The notes beneath the pieces are model-generated. The model did not search any database, was not told the DNA's origin, and saw only the letters and a program-made list of their open reading frames with translations. This document shows positions 38,301-46,137 of a stretch of 64,000 nucleotides of DNA, piece by piece. Source of the stretch: a virus. Within the stretch, counting starts at the first letter, position 1, and every line of letters starts with the position of its first letter. Location of the stretch: IMG/VR virus record IMGVR_UViG_3300032116_000025. The stretch is one strand, 5' to 3'. The position numbers were made by a program, and so were the translations under genes.

Positions 38301-38938
38301 CAGACGAACTCCTGGTATCCACGAGCAATCGCGTACTGTCGCGGGGTGGCCGTAGAGACAAGCGCCGTAATCAGGTTGTCTCTAATCCGCATGATCAAGC
38401 GGTCCGTAGACCCCTCAGTCAAAACGATAGGCGTGTCAAAGGTAAACGTAAACTGCAAGTAATCAGACTGCGCTGAGATTGCGTTTACCAAGTTAACAAA
38501 GTCGTCGGCGTAGTTCAGGTAGTCGCCTGCTATCCGAATAGGCTCTGCGGCAATCGGTACGGTGTTACCGCCCTGCACCGCCTCGATTTGAATACCGTTA
38601 GTAAGGCCCGTGGTAGTAGCTCCGTACTCGCGGAAGTCAGAGGTGGCTAACTCAAATCCGTCAGCCTCAATGACTACACGAAATCCCGTGATCCACTTAG
38701 TGGCACCCGCCACCGCATTAATAGAAAACTCTACCGGGGTGACGGACCCGTTTACTCGCTGATCAGACGAACCGGCGTTTGTGAGAAACTCTCGAAACAG
38801 CCGAAGGTTTGATAAGTCCTCGGGTGGCACGCCTTTGCTGGTTTCAGGGAGTACCTGCACTAGCAAAGCATTAGACGGCGTGACTACGGCTGTGCGCCCC
38901 GTCCCGGTCCCGTCATGGATTCGCGTTTTTACACTCAC
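38300..38938 (-). CDS. Putative virion protein, DGTG-leader paralog 3
   Basis: IHDGTGTGRTAVVTPSNALLV. Confidence 0.6.
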   Translation of the reverse strand: MSVKTRIHDGTGTGRTAVVTPSNALLVQVLPETSKGVPPEDLSNLRLFREFLTNAGSSDQRVNGSVTPVEFSINAVAGATKWITGFRVVIEADGFELATSDFREYGATTTGLTNGIQIEAVQGGNTVPIAAEPIRIAGDYLNYADDFVNLVNAISAQSDYLQFTFTFDTPIVLTEGSTDRLIMRIRDNLITALVSTATPRQYAIARGYQEFV

Positions 38939-38943
38939 GGCTG

Positions 38944-39549
38944 TCAGGTGTCGGGGCGGTAGTACGTCCGCGCTACAATGTTGATGTTTGCTGCGGTTGT
39001 TCCCGCTGGAGGCTGTACAAGCAGGCCCACGCTTGATCCTGTTGTAAGGATGCGGCCCGCCTCAATAATGAGCTGGTTTTCCCCCGTAGACTTAATCGGG
39101 AACTGTGATCCGGTGCCGCCGGTCAGGGTGTCAAAGTTTACTGCTGTGATGGTGGCAAAGCTGCTCTTGTAGAACAGGCCTAACGGTGTTTGAGCAGAGC
39201 CGTGGTTAATGTTTGTAAGTCCCGCGGCGCTAGCGTTTGTGATGATGGTGCCTGCCGTGGGGTTGCGGCTGATTGTAAACAGCCAGTCTCCCGTGCCACC
39301 AGTCACAGTTCCAAACATTACTCGAAAGCGGTCTATGATGAGATCGCGCGGGGAGCTGTTGACAATGTAAAGCACCGCCGCGTTAGACACGCCGGTATAA
39401 GAGAGAAGTCCCGTCCCAATAGCAAACGCCTCTCCCTTTAGGGCAGCCTCCCGCTCCTCTTCCACTGACGAGGCGGCGACCTCAAGCCGGTTGGTGCTGT
39501 CTACTTTTGCGGCGTAACCAAAGCCGGTGCCGTCTTCAATGCGGGCCAT
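38944..39549 (-). CDS. Putative virion protein, DGTG-leader paralog 2
   Basis: IEDGTGFGYAAKVDSTNRLEV. Confidence 0.6.
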   Translation of the reverse strand: MARIEDGTGFGYAAKVDSTNRLEVAASSVEEEREAALKGEAFAIGTGLLSYTGVSNAAVLYIVNSSPRDLIIDRFRVMFGTVTGGTGDWLFTISRNPTAGTIITNASAAGLTNINHGSAQTPLGLFYKSSFATITAVNFDTLTGGTGSQFPIKSTGENQLIIEAGRILTTGSSVGLLVQPPAGTTAANINIVARTYYRPDT

Positions 39550-39552
39550 GGT

Positions 39553-40128
39553 TCATTCTCCTGCGACGTACCCGGTAAACCCGGTGTAGATGTTAGCGGT
39601 CTGCGCGCCGTTAAGCTGGCAGGTTACGATCAGGCTTGCGTTGCGGGGGAGAGTAAGATTGACCGTACCAAAGACTCGGCTAGAGGCGGTCTGCGTCTGG
39701 TACAGCACCGGAGTACCGGCAGGCGTCCATGTGGGGCTGGACTTGGCGTCAAACGCAAAGATGCGGGCGTCACCAATCCTTCGGTTGGTGACGGTTACGT
39801 TTGTGCCTCCCGTGACGCTAGACGGGTTGCCGTAAACGCGCATTAGCGCGTTTTCCGTAGGCGACCCACCTGCCACACCGATGCCGATAAACCATGCAAC
39901 GACAACCACATCGGAGGCCTCGTTGTTTTTGAAGTAAAATAGAGGAAACTCTGTGCCCACCGTAACGGACACAAACTGAGTGTTGACGTTGAACGACTCG
40001 CCCGTCATGGAGGCGTCGTCATACGTAGTCTCACCCACGTTCCGAACGCGGAGACGGTTCGACGAGTCTACCTGGGCAAAGTAGCCCTTCCCCGTGCCGT
40101 CCTGGATGATGCCGCCGATGCTGCTCAT
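39553..40128 (-). CDS. Putative virion protein, DGTG-leader paralog 1
   Basis: IQDGTGKGYFAQVDSSNRLRV. Confidence 0.6.
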   Translation of the reverse strand: MSSIGGIIQDGTGKGYFAQVDSSNRLRVRNVGETTYDDASMTGESFNVNTQFVSVTVGTEFPLFYFKNNEASDVVVVAWFIGIGVAGGSPTENALMRVYGNPSSVTGGTNVTVTNRRIGDARIFAFDAKSSPTWTPAGTPVLYQTQTASSRVFGTVNLTLPRNASLIVTCQLNGAQTANIYTGFTGYVAGE

Positions 40129-40397
40129 AGGGGGTCGTCCTCTTCTGTAATGGCCTCAAGGTGGCGGCGGATCGCCCCCAACTCCGTGAGTATCTTGCTT
40201 AGTAGCATAGTCGAGTTTATCGACTCAACTGCCTGCGCGTTCAGGTTCCCTTGGGTCAAGATGTCCGCGCTGATCCCCTCGGAATTGACGATGGTGGCTT
40301 CAACTTGAAGCCGGTACACGGAGCCGTCGTAGACAACGCCTACGAGGTTCCCTGTTGAGTCTACGAGGACACTCGCGGGGCTCCGGCTCATACCCAC
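40125..40397 (-). CDS. Small putative virion protein
   Basis: 88-90 aa, coupled, ends in an amphipathic helix. Confidence 0.6.
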   Translation of the reverse strand: MGMSRSPASVLVDSTGNLVGVVYDGSVYRLQVEATIVNSEGISADILTQGNLNAQAVESINSTMLLSKILTELGAIRRHLEAITEEDDPL

Positions 40398-40873
40398 GTC
40401 CTAGTGCGGTTAGTCTCAAACACGCCGCTGTACGAGATGGCGTCTGTCAGCGTTAGAAGCACGGTGACTCCATCCATGTCGTACATCTTCCAGACCTCGG
40501 TGACCGGGAGGATACCCGTGTATGAGGTAGTCAGCTCGACAATCTTTTGTGTCTTGCCGCTGTCCTCGTACCAGATCTCCGACGTAGGAAGGATGCCTGA
40601 GTACACCGTCTCTTTGTAGGCTCCGCTGACAAATCCATCGGCGGGACCGTCATCAATAAAATGGATCAGGTCTCGAAGCGCCTTGTGCTGCGCCTCTGTA
40701 ATGCCGCCCCCAGCACTCCTCGGATTGAAGTTTCCGATAGAGTCGCGCATGACGAAGCTGGTGCCGTCGTAGTTGAGGGCACCATCCTGCGTCGGGCCGA
40801 TGGCGTTGGTGATGAGGCGGATCTCCTCATCCTCAATTAGCGCACCGGGGCGTCTATCGGGGGTCCTAGGCAC
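40388..40873 (-). CDS. Putative virion protein
   Basis: GTG at 40873 (MPRTPDRRPG) overlaps the upstream stop; repeated Y[ST]GILP.[ST]E.W. Confidence 0.6.
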   Translation of the reverse strand: MPRTPDRRPGALIEDEEIRLITNAIGPTQDGALNYDGTSFVMRDSIGNFNPRSAGGGITEAQHKALRDLIHFIDDGPADGFVSGAYKETVYSGILPTSEIWYEDSGKTQKIVELTTSYTGILPVTEVWKMYDMDGVTVLLTLTDAISYSGVFETNRTRTWV

Positions 40874-41426
40874 GCTTGCTCTTCTTCTTTCGCGGCTCTT
40901 CCGGCAAAGGCTCCGGCGGCGCTTGCGCGGCAAGCTCTTCTGCTAAACGACGCTCTTTGATGGAAGCTCCGGGGCGGAGTCCCACGGGGCGCGGACCTTC
41001 GTCAGCAACCGGTGCCTCGGCTTCTGCGGCGCGCGCCGCAAGGGCTACCCGAAGGGCCTCGGCTTTCCGTTCCTCGTCGTCCCTAAACTTCTTGACGAGC
41101 TGCACCGCCGCTTCCGCGCCGGATACCTTCCCCGTCTGAGCCATGCGATTGTTGTCCGCCTGCATGGTGAGGTTGGTCATCATTTGATGGGCACGCTCAA
41201 CGTACTTCTTGATGAGCTTTGCCGTCTCAAGATCAAACTTGCCCTCGTCCATCTCGCGGTCGACGTGCTTGGCAAGACCCTCCACGGACTGCGCCGCTTG
41301 GCGGAAGGCTTGTGCAGCCCCCTCCAAGCGGTACAGATCCTTGGTTGCGGCTTCTAGGGCGTCGTCAAGACGGCACCCGATCTCGTGTGCCGTCCCGACC
41401 TTTACTTGTGCTTTTTCAATGCTCAT
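40866..41426 (-). CDS. Coiled-coil hypothetical protein
   Basis: 186 aa, helical, basic C-terminus. Confidence 0.7.
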   Translation of the reverse strand: MSIEKAQVKVGTAHEIGCRLDDALEAATKDLYRLEGAAQAFRQAAQSVEGLAKHVDREMDEGKFDLETAKLIKKYVERAHQMMTNLTMQADNNRMAQTGKVSGAEAAVQLVKKFRDDEERKAEALRVALAARAAEAEAPVADEGPRPVGLRPGASIKERRLAEELAAQAPPEPLPEEPRKKKSKRA

Positions 41427-41432
41427 TGGTTA

Positions 41433-42986
41433 TCAGGGCTGGCGATACGGGATCACGCAGAGCACGTCGCCCAGTTTGACGGAGAACTCAAACTTGAGTT
41501 GCGCCGCCGTCGCAAGGCTGGTGCCGGGGTAGTAGTCGTTGTTTGCTGAAGCATCAGCGCCTGGACGAAGAAGCTCACCGTTGAGGTAAACATCGTAGTC
41601 GAGCGTAAAGCTACCGGTGCTCATGTCCGGCAACGCCGTGTCGAGGTTGCCGTCAGCGAGGCTTACGTCGGCGTCGGCAACGGTAGTGACCGTAACGTTA
41701 GAGTACACCTTTGCGGCGCGATCCTTCGCGTAGGATGCGTTGATCGCAGCGAGGAGGGACACCTCACCAAAGTTCGCCTCAAATGCGTTCCACTCCGCCG
41801 TGGTGTCAGACAGCTTGATGCCGCTGGTCTGCGCCCACGTCGAGCCGGTCTGGTTACCGTCATCGAGGTACAGCTCACCCGCGCCAAGGATGCGAAGGTC
41901 GTTCGTGGTGGTGCTCTCGATGAGACCCGCCGTCTCACCTACGTTGATGCGCTGACCGCCGGTGTCTACCCGGATGCCCTGGTCGAAGTCGTTGATGACC
42001 GCCGACGAGTCGAAGGTATCGACATCGCCCGACACAAGAAGTGTGGTCGTGCCGCCAGCGCTGCCCTCAGTGATCCGGAAGAGGGTCGCCTCAAGGTCGT
42101 CGCGGATCTCCCAGTAAAGGCCAGCACCCTCGATGTCGAGGATGGCATTGGTGGTGAGGTTGACCGGAGTCGCGCCTTGGTTGTCGTACGCGACCTGGCG
42201 CGTCTCAGACGACGCCGACGGCACATCAACCTCAGCGCCCTTCAGGAAGTCCTGCTCGGTAAGGTCCTCAAGCGCCTTACGCGTGACGGAGGTGTAGTTG
42301 ATGACCTTGTTCTCAACGTCCGCAAACGGAACCGCCTCAAGGTCGTCACCGGTCGCGTTGATGCGCACGAACGAGAGCTGCGCCCGGTTCGGCGTCGTTC
42401 CCGTCATTGTTGAGCCGTCGGTACTCGACTCGGTCTGGAACAACGCGTACACGACGCGGTTGCTCGACAGGACAGGATCACGCGTCGAGGCATCATAGAC
42501 GCCACAAAGGTTCTTCGGGCTGATGGCAGTCGACCCGGCTACCTCCGCCAGATCGTGAGCGCCAAACGAAGCGTTGAACGCGGCAACAGTGCCCGTTGTC
42601 GTGACCGCACCGATGGCCGCCGTCGTATTTGATGGCAGCTCTCCGAGAGCCAGCACGACGAAGTTGTTACCGGCACCCACCGTAACGTCGGTCAGGCTGG
42701 CTGTGGTAACAAGGACACGCTTACGCTCAAGCGCATGCAGGTCCGTATTCAGGTCGTTGACACCACGCTCTGAGCCGAGGTCAAGCGCCGACGGCGTATT
42801 GAGGTCGTCGTACCATTTACCCGCAAAGTTATTGAGGAGGTTGTGGACCTGCGACCGCAGTGAGTTGAGGTCGTCCTCGATGTTGACCGTGTTGGTCTCG
42901 TAGTTCGCCAGAGACGGGGTGATGTTGTCCGTGTAGGCATCGGACTTACGGATCTGCGTGTCTTGACGAATAAATGTACGGGCCAT
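41433..42986 (-). CDS. Virion structural protein
   Basis: 517 aa, acidic and Thr-rich, RBS GGAGG; DVYLNGELL..G..NDY module also present in 43014-43709. Confidence 0.65.
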   Translation of the reverse strand: MARTFIRQDTQIRKSDAYTDNITPSLANYETNTVNIEDDLNSLRSQVHNLLNNFAGKWYDDLNTPSALDLGSERGVNDLNTDLHALERKRVLVTTASLTDVTVGAGNNFVVLALGELPSNTTAAIGAVTTTGTVAAFNASFGAHDLAEVAGSTAISPKNLCGVYDASTRDPVLSSNRVVYALFQTESSTDGSTMTGTTPNRAQLSFVRINATGDDLEAVPFADVENKVINYTSVTRKALEDLTEQDFLKGAEVDVPSASSETRQVAYDNQGATPVNLTTNAILDIEGAGLYWEIRDDLEATLFRITEGSAGGTTTLLVSGDVDTFDSSAVINDFDQGIRVDTGGQRINVGETAGLIESTTTNDLRILGAGELYLDDGNQTGSTWAQTSGIKLSDTTAEWNAFEANFGEVSLLAAINASYAKDRAAKVYSNVTVTTVADADVSLADGNLDTALPDMSTGSFTLDYDVYLNGELLRPGADASANNDYYPGTSLATAAQLKFEFSVKLGDVLCVIPYRQP

Positions 42987-43013
42987 GGCTCCTCCGGAAG
43001 AAATGCTAACACA

Positions 43014-43709
43014 TCAGGATGCGGGTTCGAAGTCGATCCAAACCTTGTCTCCGACCTTCGGAGCAAAGGCAAACGTTACGGTGTCGTAGCCCGTGGTGGG
43101 ACCGCCAGACTCTGATGTAGTGTAGTCGTTTAGAGCCCCGGGCTCCAACTGCATCCCGTTGTAGTACACGGACTCTTGGGATGGGCCCGAAGTAACAAAC
43201 TTTAGCGCCGAGGCAAAAACAGTGTTTGCTCCGTCAATCGCCCCCGTTAGCTGCTGGCGATGGAGGCGTACGCCGCTGGGGCTAGGCGCAGCCTCAAAAG
43301 ACGCGAGCGGCTGAATAAACAGTTCATCGTCGGATGTAGCTACGCCGATCTGCTGAAATGCGTCAGCTCCACCAGTCGGAGGGTAGTTGGCGTCCCCCGG
43401 AGCAGCGGGTTTGCCGTCAGTGCCAACGACGTAAACCCTGCCGGGCTGAAGCCCGCTGTAAACGGTGAACGGCGCGGTGCCATGAAACTGGGCAAAACAA
43501 ACTGTCGGAGACAGTTTCTTGATGATCACCCCAACGGCGGGAATACCGGCGGTGATTGTAGCGGAAGTAACCCCCGCCACACGCCAAAGATTCCCGCTTC
43601 GAGGAAGGGTAATCCGAACAGCCTGACCGACAGAATCACTAGGCGCGCATGTCGCGCGCCTAACGATTCGTTCAGATCTGGGTACGGATGCCGGGTTTGC
43701 CTTGTACAT
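43014..43709 (-). CDS. Virion structural protein
   Basis: GAIDGANTVF...VYYNGMQL..G..NDY...FAFAP module. Confidence 0.6.
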   Translation of the reverse strand: MYKANPASVPRSERIVRRATCAPSDSVGQAVRITLPRSGNLWRVAGVTSATITAGIPAVGVIIKKLSPTVCFAQFHGTAPFTVYSGLQPGRVYVVGTDGKPAAPGDANYPPTGGADAFQQIGVATSDDELFIQPLASFEAAPSPSGVRLHRQQLTGAIDGANTVFASALKFVTSGPSQESVYYNGMQLEPGALNDYTTSESGGPTTGYDTVTFAFAPKVGDKVWIDFEPAS

Positions 43710-43712
43710 GGG

Positions 43713-44159
43713 TCAGCACTGCGTCAGGGCAAAGACCCCGTTAGGGTCGAACTCGATGACGTAGTTTACCCCGGTCGGCGGGGTTGTTGGAAAGTCAATG
43801 AAGCAGATGAGGGGGTCGTCGCCCGGCGTAACGTCGCTTCCGCCTATCTGCTTATAGATGATCAGCCCGCTTGGGGCTGCGGACACGCCAGACAACAGCG
43901 GGAACACCACGCTGTCTGCTCGGCACAGCGCTCGATTACCCGGAAGATCTAGCTGGGCACTCCGGTTAACAATGTTAACTCGCTGGTACGTTCCCCCAGA
44001 GACCTCAAACCCGAGGATGTCCGCCACGGTAGTCTGGACATGGTTGAACGCGTATACCGATCCAACCAAAAGCCCTCTAAATACGACAGACGGGCTCACC
44101 CATCCGAGTGAGTCCGTCGCCATCAAGAGCTTAGCGTTGGCGTATACAGCGGAGGACAC
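43713..44159 (-). CDS. Putative virion protein
   Basis: EVSGGTYQRV, PLICFIDF, FDPNGVF pattern of small phage tail proteins. Confidence 0.55.
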   Translation of the reverse strand: MSSAVYANAKLLMATDSLGWVSPSVVFRGLLVGSVYAFNHVQTTVADILGFEVSGGTYQRVNIVNRSAQLDLPGNRALCRADSVVFPLLSGVSAAPSGLIIYKQIGGSDVTPGDDPLICFIDFPTTPPTGVNYVIEFDPNGVFALTQC

Positions 44160-44163
44160 GGGA

Positions 44164-44400
44164 TTACGCGGGTGTCCCGGCTAGAAAGCTGTTGATGTCA
44201 TCGATGACCAGCACGCGCGCCTCAGTTGTATTGCTACGAGCTAGGCGTTCTGATCCCGTTCGTCCACGAAGAACCGACTTCGCGAACGTTACCTCGTCGT
44301 CGATCCGTTTAATTTCTCGCTCGTGCCAGTCGTCTAGCGCAGACTTTAGCTCATCGAGGAGAGCATTTCTTGCCTCTACAGACGCTTGAGAGTCCGGCAT
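44164..44400 (-). CDS. Small helical hypothetical protein
   Basis: 78 aa, directly after the sigma gene. Confidence 0.65.
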   Translation of the reverse strand: MPDSQASVEARNALLDELKSALDDWHEREIKRIDDEVTFAKSVLRGRTGSERLARSNTTEARVLVIDDINSFLAGTPA

Positions 44401-44402
44401 TG

Positions 44403-45221
44403 CTATTCCTTCTTAAGCACAGGGCCAATGATTCGCTCTACGCGCGTTTTTAGGTCATAGGCTCGGTGCGGCGGGATGCCCATCTTCTTTGCGATCTGCT
44501 GCGGAGTAAGCTGAGAGTCGCCCGCGGCGGGAAGATGAAACTCCGCGTACTGCCGTTCTTCCGGAGACATTTTGCTCTTCATAAGGAGAAATGCGTCCCG
44601 AGGAGACGCTACGTCTAGCTCCTCAGTAAGGTCTGTCCCCATGTGCGTATGCACTTCCGGAGAAAATCCCGTCTTTAGTTCCTTGATCCTCTTGATAGAC
44701 ATTCCTGGCAGCTTTTGCTGAAGCTCCAGAGCCGTGGGCTCTCGCCCGTAAAGATCAACAAACTCGTTTCGAGCGTTAGAAAACTCGCTGTATCGTCCGA
44801 TGTTTTCTTTGCTCATGTAAAGTGCGTTTCTGTTCTGGGCTACAAAGTCAGAAACGCGCTGAAAGTTGTTGTTGATGTGTGTGCTCAGCTGTGTCTTCTT
44901 TGCCGGATCGTAAGTCTGAATGGCTCTTACGGTTGCGTTGCGAAGCTCGTTCTTCATCGAGTCATAGGGGATCGCTCCGCCTAAGCTCTTCATGCGCTTG
45001 TTCGCCTCCCTAGAGATCATTGGATCAAGAGAAGTGAGAAGCGGCTCTAGGTGCTCAGGGGTCCTCCCACCTTCGTGCCACGTACGCCACTGGTCTAGTT
45101 CCTGCCCTCGCCTAGACCGCAGCTCCGCATAGCGCTCCTTGGCTTGACGCTGCCGAGCCTCGGTCATGGCGCCCACGGCGGACGCTGACTCCTTGATGAA
45201 CTCGTCAATCGGCTGATTCAC
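44403..45221 (-). CDS. Phage-encoded sigma-70-family factor
   Basis: Region 2 VRAIQTYDPAKKTQLSTHI, region 3 GREPTALELQQKL, region 4 HTH LTPQQIAKKMGI. Confidence 0.8.
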   Translation of the reverse strand: MNQPIDEFIKESASAVGAMTEARQRQAKERYAELRSRRGQELDQWRTWHEGGRTPEHLEPLLTSLDPMISREANKRMKSLGGAIPYDSMKNELRNATVRAIQTYDPAKKTQLSTHINNNFQRVSDFVAQNRNALYMSKENIGRYSEFSNARNEFVDLYGREPTALELQQKLPGMSIKRIKELKTGFSPEVHTHMGTDLTEELDVASPRDAFLLMKSKMSPEERQYAEFHLPAAGDSQLTPQQIAKKMGIPPHRAYDLKTRVERIIGPVLKKE

Positions 45222-45244
45222 AGGGTCCTCCGCAAGCTGATAGG

Positions 45245-45634
45245 CTAGAGCCCGGTGTTCATTGGACCAACGCCAGACAGCCCTTGGGGTTGGGTAGCCG
45301 GTGTGTTCTTGCGTAAGGCGTTCTTTGGAGAAATATCGGGGTTGATTACCCCATCTACAGGCTTTACCGACTTTACGCCCGGAGCCTGAAGCGTCGGCTT
45401 GCCCACGCGAGGAGCAGGCATGGTGCCGGGAACGCCTTTTTGAGACACAAACTTGCCCACGCTTTGAGAGGGGCTTGCTGGCATCTTAAGAGACATCGCG
45501 ATCTTCGCAAAGAAGGGGGCTAGGATGTCCTCCGCAATCTTGTGCTTCCTTTTCTTGTGACGCGCGTTGACCCGCTTTCCGCTCTCGTAAAGGTACTTGA
45601 CAGTCGTTGGCGTCATGATCCTTTCAACGCCCAT
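45245..45634 (-). CDS. Basic low-complexity protein with two K-I-A motifs
   Basis: KHKIA, PFFAKIA; RBS CAGGAG. Confidence 0.65.
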   Translation of the reverse strand: MGVERIMTPTTVKYLYESGKRVNARHKKRKHKIAEDILAPFFAKIAMSLKMPASPSQSVGKFVSQKGVPGTMPAPRVGKPTLQAPGVKSVKPVDGVINPDISPKNALRKNTPATQPQGLSGVGPMNTGL

Positions 45635-46115
45635 TTGAGTGCTCCTGAACGTAGCGTTTTACTGTTTTTTGATCTTCGCCGCGATCAATCATTTCGCGAA
45701 TTGCCTGGATAGCAGATCCGCTAAGTGCTCCACGGGTAACGTTCTTCCCTAGGTCTCCGCCGGTAAGCTGCTTTGTGACTCCCTGCATCGCGCCAGCACG
45801 ACCGCCTTGGATTAAGCCCTTAACCCCCTCGCCTGCGGCAGCCACAAGAGGGTAGGCAACCGTCATTACCCCGGTGGTTTTTGCGTAACGACCAAGCGTT
45901 TTCTTCTTGGATAGCCGCTTAGCTGCGTCCAGAGCTTCATCGTCGCTGATCTCCTCAGCAGCAAGCTTTAGCTCTTCAAAAAACGCAGACCAAGCCGGTC
46001 CTAAGCTGGCTTTCTTTGCGTGACTCATGTGTCGCCTTCCCGCGCCGTGCATACGGTCGATAAGCGTCTGGGCAGAAATGCTTGGGCTTCCGGACCGCGG
46101 TACAAACGTCGGCAT
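45624..46115 (-). CDS. Hypothetical protein with AFFEELKLA motif and hydrophobic Gly/Ala helices
   Basis: HAKKAS...WSAFFEELKLAA. Confidence 0.7.
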   Translation of the reverse strand: MPTFVPRSGSPSISAQTLIDRMHGAGRRHMSHAKKASLGPAWSAFFEELKLAAEEISDDEALDAAKRLSKKKTLGRYAKTTGVMTVAYPLVAAAGEGVKGLIQGGRAGAMQGVTKQLTGGDLGKNVTRGALSGSAIQAIREMIDRGEDQKTVKRYVQEHSNGR

Positions 46116-46137
46116 GGTTTCCGATTGTACGACAGAC

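Noticed and set aside
43260-43952. Long antisense ORFs (e.g. 43260-43952, 33568-34173, 4400-4954)
   Set aside because: They lie opposite well-supported genes, show no motifs, and are expected from GC-rich codon bias
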